A stretch of DNA of 64,000 nt from the NCBI GenBank assembly GCA_963822965.1, contig CAWGJT010000014.1:32001-96000 (forward strand), read 5' to 3'. How positions within the stretch are numbered: position 1 is the stretch's first letter; each line of letters opens with the position of its first letter. Both the position numbers and the translations under genes were made by a program. Below the pieces are notes generated by a model. That model was given only the letters and a program-made list of their open reading frames with translations, was not told the origin of the DNA and ran no database searches. Below are positions 50,098 to 62,080 of the stretch, one piece after another. The stretch is from an uncultured delta proteobacterium. Lineage in GTDB: Bacteria > Myxococcota_A > UBA9160 > UBA4427.

Positions 50098-50532
50098 TCA
50101 GCTCTCGGCGTGCTTCTTGAGATCCCGGGCGCAGCGCTCGAAGCCGCGCTGCATCGCCCCGCCGAAGAGACCGAGCACCAGCGGCCGGAGCCAACCCGTA
50201 AAGCAGTCTTCGGTGAGGTAGTGGGTGCGGCCGTCCGCGAGCGGCGTCAGCACCTGGACGCGCTCCGCGTAGAGCAGGAAGCGCGCGCCCATCTTCATCT
50301 CCCATCCCAGGGTGTGGGGCTCGTTGCGCGTCACCCACTCCACCCGATGCATGGGACGCTCGCCCACGAGCCGCACGTAGAGGTGGATGGGATCGCCCTT
50401 CCGCAGCGTCGACTCGACGCGCGGCGTGAAGCCATTCCAATCCCCGTAGCGGTCGAGGTCGTTCAGGATCGTCCACACCCGATCGATCGGTGCGTCGATC
50501 TCGGTCTCCGCCCTCACGCAGTGGGTCGTCAC
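50098..50532 (-). CDS. SRPBCC (polyketide cyclase-like) protein
   Basis: EIDAPIDRVW.IL.D...Y..WN; F.G.L; GF......LK..AE. Confidence 0.88.
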   Translation of the reverse strand: MTTHCVRAETEIDAPIDRVWTILNDLDRYGDWNGFTPRVESTLRKGDPIHLYVRLVGERPMHRVEWVTRNEPHTLGWEMKMGARFLLYAERVQVLTPLADGRTHYLTEDCFTGWLRPLVLGLFGGAMQRGFERCARDLKKHAES

Positions 50533-50617
50533 GACGAGAGCCTATCACCGGCTTCTCGGGCGCCCCATCGCTTTCGTCCGACGGGGACCGGCGGCTGGTC
50601 GGACCGGGGAAGCCCGT

Positions 50618-51211
50618 TCAGCCTTCGGCGCCGCCGACGACGCTGGCCCGGGGCTTCTGCAGCAGGCTCCGCACCAGGGGCTCGAAGTGCTCGAGGGGCA
50701 GGGTGTCGTAGCCCGGGTCGAAGGCCGTCTGGTCGTAGAGGGCGCAGAACTCGGCGGTGTGATCGAAGAAGGGGTGCCCGCGGAACTGCTCCCGGGCGTC
50801 GCGGTCGTCGCCGATGTGGTGCCAGAAGTAGTAGCCCTGGAAGACGCCGTGATTCTCGACCATCCAGCGGTTCTTCTCCGAGACGAAGGGCGCGAGGACG
50901 GCCGCGGCGAGGGCCGAGTGGTTGTCGGGCGCCAGGGCGTCCCCGATGTCGTGCAGCAGGGCGCACAGCACGTACTCGTCGTCCCGGCCGTCCCGTTGGG
51001 CGCGCGTGGCCGTCTGCAGGCTGTGGGTGAGCCGGTCCACCGCGAAGCCGCCGTAGTCCTCGCCCAGCAGGCGCAGGTGACCCAGCACCCGCTCGGGCAG
51101 GCCGGCGGCGTAGCGCTCGTGGTGGCGCATCAGCAGCTGCCACTCCGCCTGGGTGGACTCGTCCATGCTGCGGAAGCGGGCGCGTTCTTCGAGGGGCTGG
51201 GCCTGGGCCAT
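50618..51211 (-). CDS. HD-domain protein (PhnZ-like diiron HD family)
   Basis: HSLQTATRA; ALLHDIGD...PDNH; HGVFQ.YY..H; YDQ.AFDP. Confidence 0.85.
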   Translation of the reverse strand: MAQAQPLEERARFRSMDESTQAEWQLLMRHHERYAAGLPERVLGHLRLLGEDYGGFAVDRLTHSLQTATRAQRDGRDDEYVLCALLHDIGDALAPDNHSALAAAVLAPFVSEKNRWMVENHGVFQGYYFWHHIGDDRDAREQFRGHPFFDHTAEFCALYDQTAFDPGYDTLPLEHFEPLVRSLLQKPRASVVGGAEG

Positions 51212-51250
51212 GATTGTCTCCGATCGTTCGTCGAGTTCGGTCTTCGGGGT

Positions 51251-51670
51251 TCAGGGGGAGGGAATCGGGACGAGCCGGACGGGAATCGAGAGGCTGCCGT
51301 CGCGGCTCGCGGCGATGAAGGTCTCGGCGAAGCCGTACTTGTCCGCCATCAGCGCGTGGATGTGGTCGCGCACGGCCGGGTCGTGCACGGGCTCGGCGAG
51401 GTAGGGCCCCGTCGTATCGCCGCGGGTGAGCTGCACGTGGGGGTTCGCCTCGAGCCGCAGGAACCAGCTGGAGGTCGGCATGCCTGCGCGCAGCCAGGCG
51501 TTGCCGTCGTCGTCCACCACCCACAGGCGCGTCTCGTGGGGCGCGCCCGCGTCGTCGAGGGTCTGCAGCACGACCACCTCTCCGCCCGTCTCGGAGAGCC
51601 CGAACATCAGCCCGAAGAAGAGGAGGGCGAGCATCGTCACGGCGCCGAGGGTGATCCACAGCCAACGCAT
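51251..51670 (-). CDS. Membrane-anchored deazaflavin-dependent nitroreductase-like split-barrel protein
   Basis: N-terminal TM; VVVLQT....G..HETRLW; W..RLEANP.V; KYG; IPVRL. Confidence 0.6.
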   Translation of the reverse strand: MRWLWITLGAVTMLALLFFGLMFGLSETGGEVVVLQTLDDAGAPHETRLWVVDDDGNAWLRAGMPTSSWFLRLEANPHVQLTRGDTTGPYLAEPVHDPAVRDHIHALMADKYGFAETFIAASRDGSLSIPVRLVPIPSP

Positions 51671-51741
51671 GACCGGGAAGCATAAGAGACGCCCCGGCCG
51701 GTCGCCCGCGGCGGCGGGGCCCCGTCCCCCTTGCCGGCGGA

Positions 51742-53540
<1,799 letters not shown>

Positions 53541-53544
<4 letters not shown>

Positions 53545-54894
53545 CGCTCGTAGACGAGGTCGATGTCGCCGATGCGGATCCGGTCTCCGGGCTCGAGCGG
53601 GCAGCTCCGCACGTTCGTCCCGTTGACGTAGGTTCCGTTGCTGGAGCCTACGTCCTTGATCTCGACGAAGCGACCGCGGCACTGGAGCTGGGCGTGATAG
53701 CGCGAGACGGCCGGCGAGGGCACCACGATGTCGTTGTCCGGCAGGGCGCCGATCGAGAGCTGGGGCTTGCCCAGGGCCACGCTCTCGCCCTTGCGGGGGC
53801 CCTCGAGAAAGATCAGGCGGCCGGCGGTCCGGGGCTGCCGCATGGTGAACGCCGCGATCGCCACCACCACCGCCAGGAGGCCGGCGACGAGCCAGATCGC
53901 CCAGCCCCCGCCCAGGTCGGGATAGCCCACCGTCTGGGTCTCGGACATGCCCCCGATGGAGACCTCGATGCTGTGGTGTCCGCCGTCGAGGTCCGCCGGG
54001 TAGCGCACCACGTAGCTGTGCAGCATCTGGCGCCAGATCTCGTCGAAGTACGAGGCCACCAGATCGGCCGACTGGGCGAAGAAGGCCTCGGCCGAGGTGC
54101 CGCGCGAGAGCTTCAGCAGCGACTTCAGGCTGCCTCCGCCGAAGCGGTCGAAGCCGATGGTGAACACCGGGACCCGGCTGTGTCCCTTGTCGCCCACCGC
54201 CAGGTCCACCACCTCGTCCAGGGTGGCGCGGCTGCCGTCGTCCTTGCCGTCCGAGAAGACGACGACGAAGCTGCGGCTGGGCAGGTCGTTGCCGCGCCGG
54301 ATCACGTCGACCGCCTTGAAGGCGGCGTCGAAGAGCACCGTGGTGAGCGCGGTGCGGTCGAGCTCGAGCTCGCGCACGAGCTGTCGCGCTTCGGCCTTCG
54401 AGTCCTTGAAGGTGACGACCACGTGCACCCGGTCCGAGAAGCCGATCAGCGAGAGGCGGTCGTTCGGGCCCATGCGGTCGATGTACGCCAGGGCCGCCGC
54501 CTTGGCGCGCTCGAAGGGCTCGCCCTTCATGGTGCGGCTCACGTCGAGGGCGAGGACGATGGTGGCGCCGCGCTCGGCGGCGTGCAGCTGCGCGAGCTCG
54601 ATGCCGTCGGACGACACCAGCTCGCCGTTGTCGCGGATGGTGACGTCCTGGGCGCGCAGACCGTCCACGGGCTCGCCGTAGCGGGTCTCGGCTCGCAGGT
54701 ACAGCTCCACGTCGCTGCCGCCGTCCGGGGAGGGGACCACCTCGTCGAGGAACAAGCGCTCCACCTGCTCGCTCGCCCGGGCGGGCGACGGCAGGCAGGC
54801 GACCGCGAGCCCACAGCAGGAGCCCGAGACGGGCGGCCCGCCCGATCGAAGCGGGTACGCCGGACGGTGATCCTGCGGATTCGGCCTCGCTCAC
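53541..54894 (-). CDS. VWA + TM + FHA domain protein; probable frameshift in the signal region near 54800
   Basis: MIDAS LDVSRTM; T.LFDA; VFSDGKD; TM AIWLVAGLLAVVVAIAAF; FHA IG...DNDI...VSRYHA...DVGSSNGTYVNG. Confidence 0.88.
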
Positions 54895-55529
54895 AGCCCC
54901 TCGATGCACCGGAACCGGAACGTCGTGTGTCCCAACCGGATCGTGTCGCCGTCCGACAGCTCGGCGCCGTCGACCTCGCGGTCGTTCACGTAGGTGCGAT
55001 TCCTCTCGGTGAGGGGAACGATCGCGAAGACGCCTTCCTGGTGGACGATCATCGCGTGCTCTCGGGAGATCCACTTGCTGGCGAGCACGATGTCGCTGGC
55101 CTCGGCCCGGCCGAGCTTGTTCTCTCCGTCGAAGAGCGGGAAGACCTCGCCCTTCAGCTCGCCGTCGATGGCGACGATCACGCCGGCCACGTCGTCCTTG
55201 CGGTAGGGGGCCGTCTGGAAGTACTGGGTGGGGGCATCCGACGCGGCCGTGGCGTCGGCCTTCTTGGCGGCGAGGGCTTCGGGAGCGACCGGAGAGCCGA
55301 GGGCCGGCGTGGGCTGCGAGTACGGACGCGGGTGCACGCCCAGGCGCTCGGGCTCCGGAGCGGTGACGGCGCGGGCCGGGCCGACCGGGCTCTCGGCTCG
55401 TCCCGGGGCGCCGCGGTGCTCCTTGGGAAGCTGGATGGTCGGCTCGGATCGCGAGCGGGTGTGGCCGGGGCCATAGCGCCGGCGGCGCGGCCGTCCGGTG
55501 ATGCGGTCGATCAAGTCCCTGAAGCTCAA
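54891..55529 (-). CDS. FHA domain protein (disordered N-terminus, C-terminal FHA)
   Basis: LGRA..SDIVL...ISREHA; N.TYVN....LSDGD.I.LG; APTQY-type motif; TTGA overlap. Confidence 0.85.
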   Translation of the reverse strand: MSFRDLIDRITGRPRRRRYGPGHTRSRSEPTIQLPKEHRGAPGRAESPVGPARAVTAPEPERLGVHPRPYSQPTPALGSPVAPEALAAKKADATAASDAPTQYFQTAPYRKDDVAGVIVAIDGELKGEVFPLFDGENKLGRAEASDIVLASKWISREHAMIVHQEGVFAIVPLTERNRTYVNDREVDGAELSDGDTIRLGHTTFRFRCIEGL

Positions 55530-56314
55530 CCTGGCTCTCCCTGGGGTCTGGCCCGTGGCCTCACGGCCGCCCGGGACGTGGCACGCAGGTCGTCTGCATC
55601 CCCGCAGGATCGCACGCGCACCAGAGCATACCACCGGCCCGCCAATGCTAGAGAATCGGCTTTGAATTCCACGCGTTGGGGGACGGTGGCCGGAGGCATG
55701 CCCGGGTAGGTGCCGGCCCCGGGCGATTCCGTTCCTCGGGCACCCGGCGCGGCCGTCGGGGCCGCCTCCTCGGGAGCGCTCCCGGGCTGGGAGGAGTCGG
55801 ATGGCGAGGAATCGGGCTGCGAGGATTCCGACGGCGAGAGTCCCGGCGGCGGGGCGGCCACCGGCGGAGGCGCCCGGCGGGTCGCCAGGTAGAGGCCCGC
55901 GGTCGCCACCAGCAGGACGAGCATCGCGACCCCGGTCACGAGCCACGGCGTGCTGCTCGTGGACGGGCCCTCCTCGTAGAGCAGCAGCACCTCGTCGGAC
56001 AGCTCGATCACGTCTCCCGGCGCCAGCGCATGGGGCCCGTCGCCGATGGGGGCGCCGTTGACGCGCACCCCCCGGCTGCTGCCGAGGTCGACCAGCAGAT
56101 TGCGCTCGCCGTCCGGGCGTACCGCGGCGTGATGCCGCGAGACGTTCGCGTAGGCGACCACCCAGTCCGACGAGGGGTCGCGCCCGATCCGGATCTCGCG
56201 CGATCCGATCGCGCGCGTCCGTGTGCGGCGACCGTTCTCGAACTGCACGAGGCGCGCCTCGGGTCTGCGGGTCGATCGGCGGGATCCTGCGTCGACCGGC
56301 TCCCCGAGACGCAC
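55526..56314 (-). CDS. FHA + TM protein with Ser/Pro-rich tail
   Basis: IGRDPSSD....VSRHHA; DLGSSRGVRVNG; LAPGDVI; TM WLVTGVAMLVLLVATAGLYL. Confidence 0.82.
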   Translation of the reverse strand: MRLGEPVDAGSRRSTRRPEARLVQFENGRRTRTRAIGSREIRIGRDPSSDWVVAYANVSRHHAAVRPDGERNLLVDLGSSRGVRVNGAPIGDGPHALAPGDVIELSDEVLLLYEEGPSTSSTPWLVTGVAMLVLLVATAGLYLATRRAPPPVAAPPPGLSPSESSQPDSSPSDSSQPGSAPEEAAPTAAPGARGTESPGAGTYPGMPPATVPQRVEFKADSLALAGRWYALVRVRSCGDADDLRATSRAAVRPRARPQGEPG

Positions 56315-56512
56315 CTAGTGTCCTGTCCCAGAAGTTCGCTTGCATTCGGCCGCCCCCGCTGCCCGCTGCCAGCGTTGCGCTCCCGTCGCCGTAGCGCGGC
56401 TATGCCTCGGTCGCGCGCCTCGGCAGCGGCCCGAGGGAGCGTCCTCGGTGCATGCGGAGAAGGGTCGAAGGGGGGTCGACTTCGACAGCGAACTTCTCGG
56501 ACAGGACACTAG
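56315..56512 (+). mobile_element. MITE-like non-autonomous element with terminal inverted repeats bounded by CTAG at both ends
   Basis: 56315-56340 CTAGTGTCCTGTCCCAGAAGTTCGCT versus reverse complement of 56487-56512 CTAGTGTCCTGTCCGAGAAGTTCGCT (25/26 match); no coding capacity. Confidence 0.8.
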
Positions 56513-57477
56513 TTTTCCGCTCCGGCGCTCGAGTCCCCGGACGCTTCTGCGGGCGTGATCTCGATGCGCGAGACGGTGTCGAAGCTGATGGGCGCGGAGA
56601 GGCTTCCCAGGATGCGCGCGCGGCTTCCGGAGGGGTAGACGTCGACGACCTCGATCCGGCCGATCTCGCGACCCGCGTCGAAGAGCTCGCCGGACATGCC
56701 CGGGCGCACCCCGGCCGGATAGCCGGCCTCGAGCATCACCGCAGACGGCTTGCCGTCCGTCTCCTCGACGTCGAGGACCACCGCCTCGATGAAGACGGGC
56801 TCGGGCTCGGGGACGGACGCCGCGCCCGGTGCCTCGCGCCCGGCGCCCTCCTCGGCCCCCGGCTCGGGGGAAGCGCTGGGCAGCGTCGCCACGGGGATCG
56901 GAGGCTTCGCCATGGGGATCGGGGGCTTCGCGCCGGGCGGCGGGGTGCGAGACGGCGGCGGCTCTCGCCGGGGCGGTGTCGGGGGGTGCCCGGCGGACGA
57001 GGTCCCGGCCGTCGGCGGCGTCTCCAGCTGCGCCACCAGCTCGAAGTCGAAGAGGCCCTGGTTCTCCCCCTTCGCGACGACCCGCAGCCGGTAGCTGCCC
57101 GGGCCCGTGTCCGCGTGCAGGCGCCGGCGCGTCTGCACGCGCCCCGTGCGTGCGTCGACCGGCTGGCCGTCGTCGGTCTCGAGCATCAGGGTGCAGTCGG
57201 GAAGCCCGCTGCCCGCCGGCGCGTAGAGGTCCACCAGCAGCGCGCCGGGCTCTTCCAGGTCGATGCGGTAGATGCGTTGGCAGCGCGCGACGGCGCAGTG
57301 AAGGCTGTCGCGCGTCCAGCTCCCGAGGGGGAGGGGCTGCGTCTGGCCCGGCCGGCTCGCAGCGTCCGGCGGGGCGAACATGCCCGACTCACACCCGGTG
57401 GTGAAGACGAGGAGGAATCCCGCGATCGCGCCTACGGCCAGCCAGGGATTCGGCGCTTCCTGGCGAGGGTCTCGCAT
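56509..57477 (-). CDS. Lipoprotein: beta-sandwich (PPC-like) domain, Pro-rich linker, small FlgT-C-like beta domain
   Basis: Lipobox LLVFTTG|C; GPGSYRLRV; Pro-rich middle; G...GV.PG..G......IGRIEVV.V....SRARI. Confidence 0.7.
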   Translation of the reverse strand: MRDPRQEAPNPWLAVGAIAGFLLVFTTGCESGMFAPPDAASRPGQTQPLPLGSWTRDSLHCAVARCQRIYRIDLEEPGALLVDLYAPAGSGLPDCTLMLETDDGQPVDARTGRVQTRRRLHADTGPGSYRLRVVAKGENQGLFDFELVAQLETPPTAGTSSAGHPPTPPRREPPPSRTPPPGAKPPIPMAKPPIPVATLPSASPEPGAEEGAGREAPGAASVPEPEPVFIEAVVLDVEETDGKPSAVMLEAGYPAGVRPGMSGELFDAGREIGRIEVVDVYPSGSRARILGSLSAPISFDTVSRIEITPAEASGDSSAGAEN

Positions 57478-57603
57478 CCAGTCCTCGGTCCGGTTCGTTC
57501 CGCTCCTTGGGCCGTACCCCGTCGTCCGGGTCAGCGACGGAGTGGAGGAAGCATGGGCGCCGCCTCGCGACGCCCATCAGAGCTTCCTCGTGCCCATCGG
57601 GTG

Positions 57604-57792
57604 CTACATGAAGTCGCGATCGAGGACCGTCTTGCGGCCGTCGTTCCGGGCGTTCTCGATCGCCTGCTGGCAGAGGCTGCGAATCCGGTCCGACAGCACC
57701 GTCAGCACCGACGAGGAGGTCTTCATATCGCCGTTGGCCTTGATGTAGGACTTGACCTTGGAGGCAACCACGAGCACTTCGTTGTCGGACAT
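57604..57792 (-). CDS. Bacterial histone-fold protein (Bd0055/HBb-like), 62 aa
   Basis: MSDNEVLVVASKVKSYIKANGDMKTSSSVLTVLSDRIRSLCQQAIENARNDGRKTVLDRDFM: EVLVV.SKVK N-terminus, long alpha2, A..DGRKTV..RD histone signature, truncated alpha3; AGGAAAGGGG RBS. Confidence 0.9.
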   Translation of the reverse strand: MSDNEVLVVASKVKSYIKANGDMKTSSSVLTVLSDRIRSLCQQAIENARNDGRKTVLDRDFM

Positions 57793-58043
57793 CGCGACTG
57801 AGGCCCCTTTCCTGGTGCGATGAGGTCGCCAGCCCGCATCGGCGCAGCGACGACGACATCTCGTTTACCGGGTCGCGGACACCCGCGGGCGTCCCGACGG
57901 AGGGCCCTTCGCGAGACCCTCCAGGGCTCCGCGCCCGGCTGTGACCCGCTTCTAGGCCTCGGAGAATGCAACTCCGCTCGCCGAAGCGCAACGAGCGGAC
58001 TATCACAGCCCCGGACACGAGCTCATCCCAGGGAGGCCACCGA

Positions 58044-59286
58044 ATGCAGAGGATCAGCGGCGTCTTCCTGTGGGACGGCGAATCGGGAGCCCGTTCGAAG
58101 GAGCGCAAGACGATCCGGATCGAGGGGGGCCGCATCCACTCCATCACCGACTGCCCGACCGCGCCCGACGGAAACGGACGATTCGGAGGTATTTCACTAC
58201 GATTCCGACGTCACCGCGCTTCCCGGCCTGATCGACTGCCACGTCCACATCACCCTCGATCCGACGATCTTCAGCGGCGCCCGGCAGCGGGCGGTTCCCC
58301 GGGAGCGCATGTGGGCGGGCATGCAGCAGCGGGCCCACGCCATGGTGCAGGCCGGCATCACCACCGCGCGGGATCTCGGCGGCGGCGAGTGGATGGAGAT
58401 GGAGCTGCGCGATCGCATCGCGGCGGGCGAGCTTCCCGGCCCGCGGCTGTTGTGCGTGGGCCAGCCCGTGACGTCTCCCGCCGGACACTGCCACTTCTGG
58501 GGCGGGGAGGCGCGCGGCCGCGACGCCGTCCGCGAGGTGGTCGCGCGCCAGATCGCAAAGCGTGCCGACTGGATCAAGGTGATGGCGACGGGGGGCGTCT
58601 TCACCCAGGGAACCGACGTGACGCAGCCGCAGTACGACCAGGGAGAGCTGCGGGAGATCGTCGACTGCGCGTCCGAGCACGGTCGCTCGGTGGCGGCCCA
58701 CTGCCACGGCGTCGCCGGCATCCGGAACGCCTTCGGTGCCGGGGTGCGCACCGTCGAGCACTGCTCGTTCGCCGGGAAGGACGGCTTCGGCGTGGACTTC
58801 GACGCCTCGTTCGTTCCCGAGATGGTGCGGGACGACGTCTGGGTGTCGCCCACGGTGAACGCCGGCTGGGCCCGGCGCGTCGAGAAGGACGGGGCGCCCA
58901 CGCCGTTCTGGGAGCGCATGTCCGCCTGCCTGCGGGCCCTGCGCGGCGCGGGGGTGGGGCTCGTCGCCTCGACGGACGCCGGCATCCCCGGCGTCCACCA
59001 CCACCAGCTGCCGGAGGCGCTGCAGGCGTTCGCGCAGTATGCGGATCTCGGGGCGGTGGAGGCCCTGCGCACCGCCACGTCCGAGGCGGCGCGCGCCCTG
59101 CGCATCGGCGACGAGACGGGACGCCTCGCGCCCGGCCTCGCGGCCGACGTGTTGGTGGTGGCCGGCGACCCGACCCAGGACCTGGCCGCGCTGCAGCGCC
59201 CGCAGCTCGTCCTGGCCCGGGGCCAGCGGGTCTACGAGGCCGACTTCGCGGGGGCGCCGCTCGCGCCGGCGATCCGCTCGAGGTAG
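58044..59286 (+). CDS. Metal-dependent amidohydrolase (Xaa-Pro dipeptidase-like); frameshift near 58170
   Basis: [60 protein letters not shown]. Confidence 0.9.
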
Positions 59287-59729
59287 CCGCGCACGTGGGG
59301 CACGAGCGGCCGGCCGGGGAGATCCGCCCGCTCCACGAAGCCCGCCCACACCACCTCCCGGTTGTCGATCCGGACCGGCAGCTCGCGGCTGCTGCGCAGC
59401 TCGAAGAAGTGCGCGCGGTCGCGCTTGCTCTCGAAGTCGACCTCCAGCTCGCACACGAAGTGGAGCTCTGCCTCCGAAACGGCCATGCCCACCTCTTCGG
59501 CGAGCTCGCGGACGGCGGCCTGTCGGGGTGACTCCGATCTTCCCACCGCGCCGCAGGGAACGGTCTCGCTCCGGCGATAGGAGTTGCGGACGAGCAGCAG
59601 GCGATCGTCCTGCCACACCGCCACGTAGGCGCCGTGCATCACCGGGCGCCGCAGCCACCACACCACGCGCAGGATGCGATAGGCAGCCCGAAGGCCGATG
59701 CGCCACAGTGCGTCCAGAAAGGCTCCCAT
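59232..59729 (-). CDS. NUDIX hydrolase
   Basis: LLVRNSYR; Nudix box G.....[22 protein letters not shown]. Confidence 0.88.
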   Translation of the reverse strand: MGAFLDALWRIGLRAAYRILRVVWWLRRPVMHGAYVAVWQDDRLLLVRNSYRRSETVPCGAVGRSESPRQAAVRELAEEVGMAVSEAELHFVCELEVDFESKRDRAHFFELRSSRELPVRIDNREVVWAGFVERADLPGRPLVPHVRGYLERIAGASGAPAKSAS

Positions 59730-59782
59730 GGGCGGGGATGGTAGAGCCGATTCGCGAGCGAACCCCGGGAGAGAGGACGCGG

Positions 59783-60709
59783 ATGCAGGAGGTCTGCCGT
59801 TACGCGCCGTCGACGACGGGCCGCGCACACCCGGGCACGCTGCTGGCGGGGCTGCTGTGCTGGCTCGACGCGCGCTCCCGGGGCGCCCGCGTGCTGCTGC
59901 GCCTGGAGGACCTCGACCCCCAGCGCTGTCGCCCCGAGCTGACCCGAGCCATGCAGGACGATCTCGCCTGGCTGGGCCTCGAGTGGGACGAGGTGGTCCT
60001 GCAGAGCGCGTTCGCGGCGCGGCACACGGCGGCACTCGAGGCGCTCGAGCGCCAGGGGAGGCTCTACCCGTGCCGCTGCTCGCGCCGGGACGTGCGTGCG
60101 TCGGGCACCCGGGCGCCCGACGGCGGCTACCGCTATCCGGGCACCTGCCGGGGACGCTCGCTCGCCGAGGCCGGCGAGGGCGACGTGCTGCGGGTGCGGA
60201 TGGACGACGGTCTCGTCTCGCTGGCCGACGAGAGCGGTCTCGACCTCTCCCAGGACGTGGCCCGGGCCTTCGGCGATCCCATCGTCGTGCGCCGGGACGG
60301 CGGCATCGCCTATCACCTGGCGAACGTCGTGGACGACGCCGCGGCCGGGGTGACCCGCGTGGTGCGCGGGCGCGATCTCGCCACTACCACCGCCACCCAG
60401 GTGGTGCTCCAGCGCCTGCTGGGGCTCGCGACGCCGCGCTATCGCCACCACCTGCTGCTGCTCGAGCCCGCGGAGACCCGGGACGGCGCCAAGCTCGCGA
60501 AGCTGCACGGGTCGGTCTCCGCCGAGGCCCTGCGCGAGGCGTACGACGCGCCCGGCCTGTGCGGGGTGCTCGCCCACGCGGCGGGCCTGCTCGAGCGGCC
60601 CGAGCCGGTGACGCCTGCCGCGCTGCTCGCGGGATTCGCCTGGAGCCGCGTCCGGGAGAGCGACCGGGTGCTCGTGTGGGACGGCGGGGCGCTGCGCGCG
60701 CTCGACTGA
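59783..60709 (+). CDS. gluQ: Glutamyl-Q tRNA(Asp) synthetase-like protein
   Basis: [61 protein letters not shown]; lacks the anticodon-binding domain. Confidence 0.8.
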   Translation: MQEVCRYAPSTTGRAHPGTLLAGLLCWLDARSRGARVLLRLEDLDPQRCRPELTRAMQDDLAWLGLEWDEVVLQSAFAARHTAALEALERQGRLYPCRCSRRDVRASGTRAPDGGYRYPGTCRGRSLAEAGEGDVLRVRMDDGLVSLADESGLDLSQDVARAFGDPIVVRRDGGIAYHLANVVDDAAAGVTRVVRGRDLATTTATQVVLQRLLGLATPRYRHHLLLLEPAETRDGAKLAKLHGSVSAEALREAYDAPGLCGVLAHAAGLLERPEPVTPAALLAGFAWSRVRESDRVLVWDGGALRALD

Positions 60710-60727
60710 GCGCGCGGCCTCGCGAAG

Positions 60728-62005
60728 TCAGGCCGGAACCACCTCGAGCACCGACGCCTCGCCGGGCACGCCGATGCGCAGCGGGAAGCCGTAGAAGCCG
60801 ATGCCCCGGTGGACGTAGAGGCGGCCGCGGCCGTGCCCGAACAGCCCGTGATCGGGCCAGCGGCTGCGCGAGAGCACCGTCCAGTCGAGCCCCGCGCTCA
60901 CCAGCCCCACCTGCCCGCCGTGGGTGTGGCCCGAGAGCGTGAGGTCGACGTCGCCCGGCGGCACGTGGTGGAACGTGCGCGGATCGTGCAGCAGCAGCAT
61001 CCGCAGATGCTCCGCGCGGCGCGGGAAGCGCTCGAGCAGCGCGCGGATGTGCTCGCGCCGCTCGCGGCCCCGGTAGTCGGCTCCGACGAGCTGCAGCGCG
61101 CCCACGGGCGTCTCGACCAGCCGCTCGTCGTCGACCAGCAGGTCGATGCGGTTGCTCTCGAGGGCGCGGCGCACCTCGTCGGGTGCCTCGTGGTCGTGGT
61201 TGCCGAGGATCGAGAAGCAGCGTCCCTCGAGTGCGCGCAGGGGCTCGAAGGCCCGCGCCAGGGCGCCGGGCGAGCCGCGCCCCTCCATGGTGAGGAAGTC
61301 GCCGGTCAGCAGCACCAGGTCGGGCCGCCTGCGCGAGCAGCCCTTCCAGGGTGCGCTGCAGCTGGCGCACCGACTGCCACGGGCCGAGGTGCGGATCGGC
61401 GATCTGCACGATGCGCAGCGCGGGCTCCGCCAGGGGCCGGGGCTCGCGCCGGCGGTGCCGCTCGACGGGCAGTCGCCGCAGCTCGGGCGGTCCCGCCTCG
61501 CCGAGGTCGCACGCGCACCACCTCGGGCCTGAGGCCGCAGCGACGTCGCCACCGACGCCAGGCAGAGCGCGAGCGGCGCGAGATCGAGCCAGCGCAGCGC
61601 CGCCTGGGCGCCGTCCCAGCCGAGCCCGGCGAGGCCCGCGCGCAGGGGCAGCAGCGACAGCAGCCACAGCCCCGACAGGAAGCCCAGCGCCACGAAGGCC
61701 TGCCCCGGGATCGACACCAGCAGCCGGTACGCGCCGCCTCGCAGCCGCGCATGCACCAGATGCGCGAGCTGGATCCCCGTCGCCAGCATCGACGCCGCGA
61801 ACGCCCCGCTCACCCAGGGTGCGTACGGCGCCGGTACCCAGCCCGCCAGCCGCCACTCCAACGCCACCGCCCCGGGCACGCTCAGCGCCAGCATCACCGC
61901 GGTGAAGATCGCGTAGGTCCGCCCGCGCTCGCGCCACGCGTAGAGCGGAATGCCGATCACCGTTGCGAGCGTGACGGCGAGGAACAGATGGCGGGGATCG
62001 AGCAT
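60728..62005 (-). CDS. Membrane-bound metallophosphoesterase (YkuE/YaeI-like); internal compensating frameshifts about 61330-61530
   Basis: N-terminal TMs; IVQIADPHLG in an alternate frame; PDLVLLTGD; LGNHDH; LLHDP; LSGHTHGGQ; G.G..G.PLR.G...E. Confidence 0.88.
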   Translation of the reverse strand: MLDPRHLFLAVTLATVIGIPLYAWRERGRTYAIFTAVMLALSVPGAVALEWRLAGWVPAPYAPWVSGAFAASMLATGIQLAHLVHARLRGGAYRLLVSIPGQAFVALGFLSGLWLLSLLPLRAGLAGLGWDGAQAALRWLDLAPLALCLASVATSLRPQARGGARATSARRDRPSCGDCPSSGTAGASPGPWRSPRCASCRSPIRTSARGSRCASCSAPWKGCSRRRPDLVLLTGDFLTMEGRGSPGALARAFEPLRALEGRCFSILGNHDHEAPDEVRRALESNRIDLLVDDERLVETPVGALQLVGADYRGRERREHIRALLERFPRRAEHLRMLLLHDPRTFHHVPPGDVDLTLSGHTHGGQVGLVSAGLDWTVLSRSRWPDHGLFGHGRGRLYVHRGIGFYGFPLRIGVPGEASVLEVVPA

Positions 62006-62080
62006 CGGGGAGTCACCGGGAATAGGGGCGGCCGCGAGCATAGCGGGGCGAGAGCCGCCCCAAAGCCGCGGGCGCCGAGC

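Noticed and set aside
55600..55680. Possible internal promoter (TGGTATGCT, minus strand) in the 3' end of the FHA-TM gene
   Set aside because: Only a -10-like match with no convincing -35; insufficient support.
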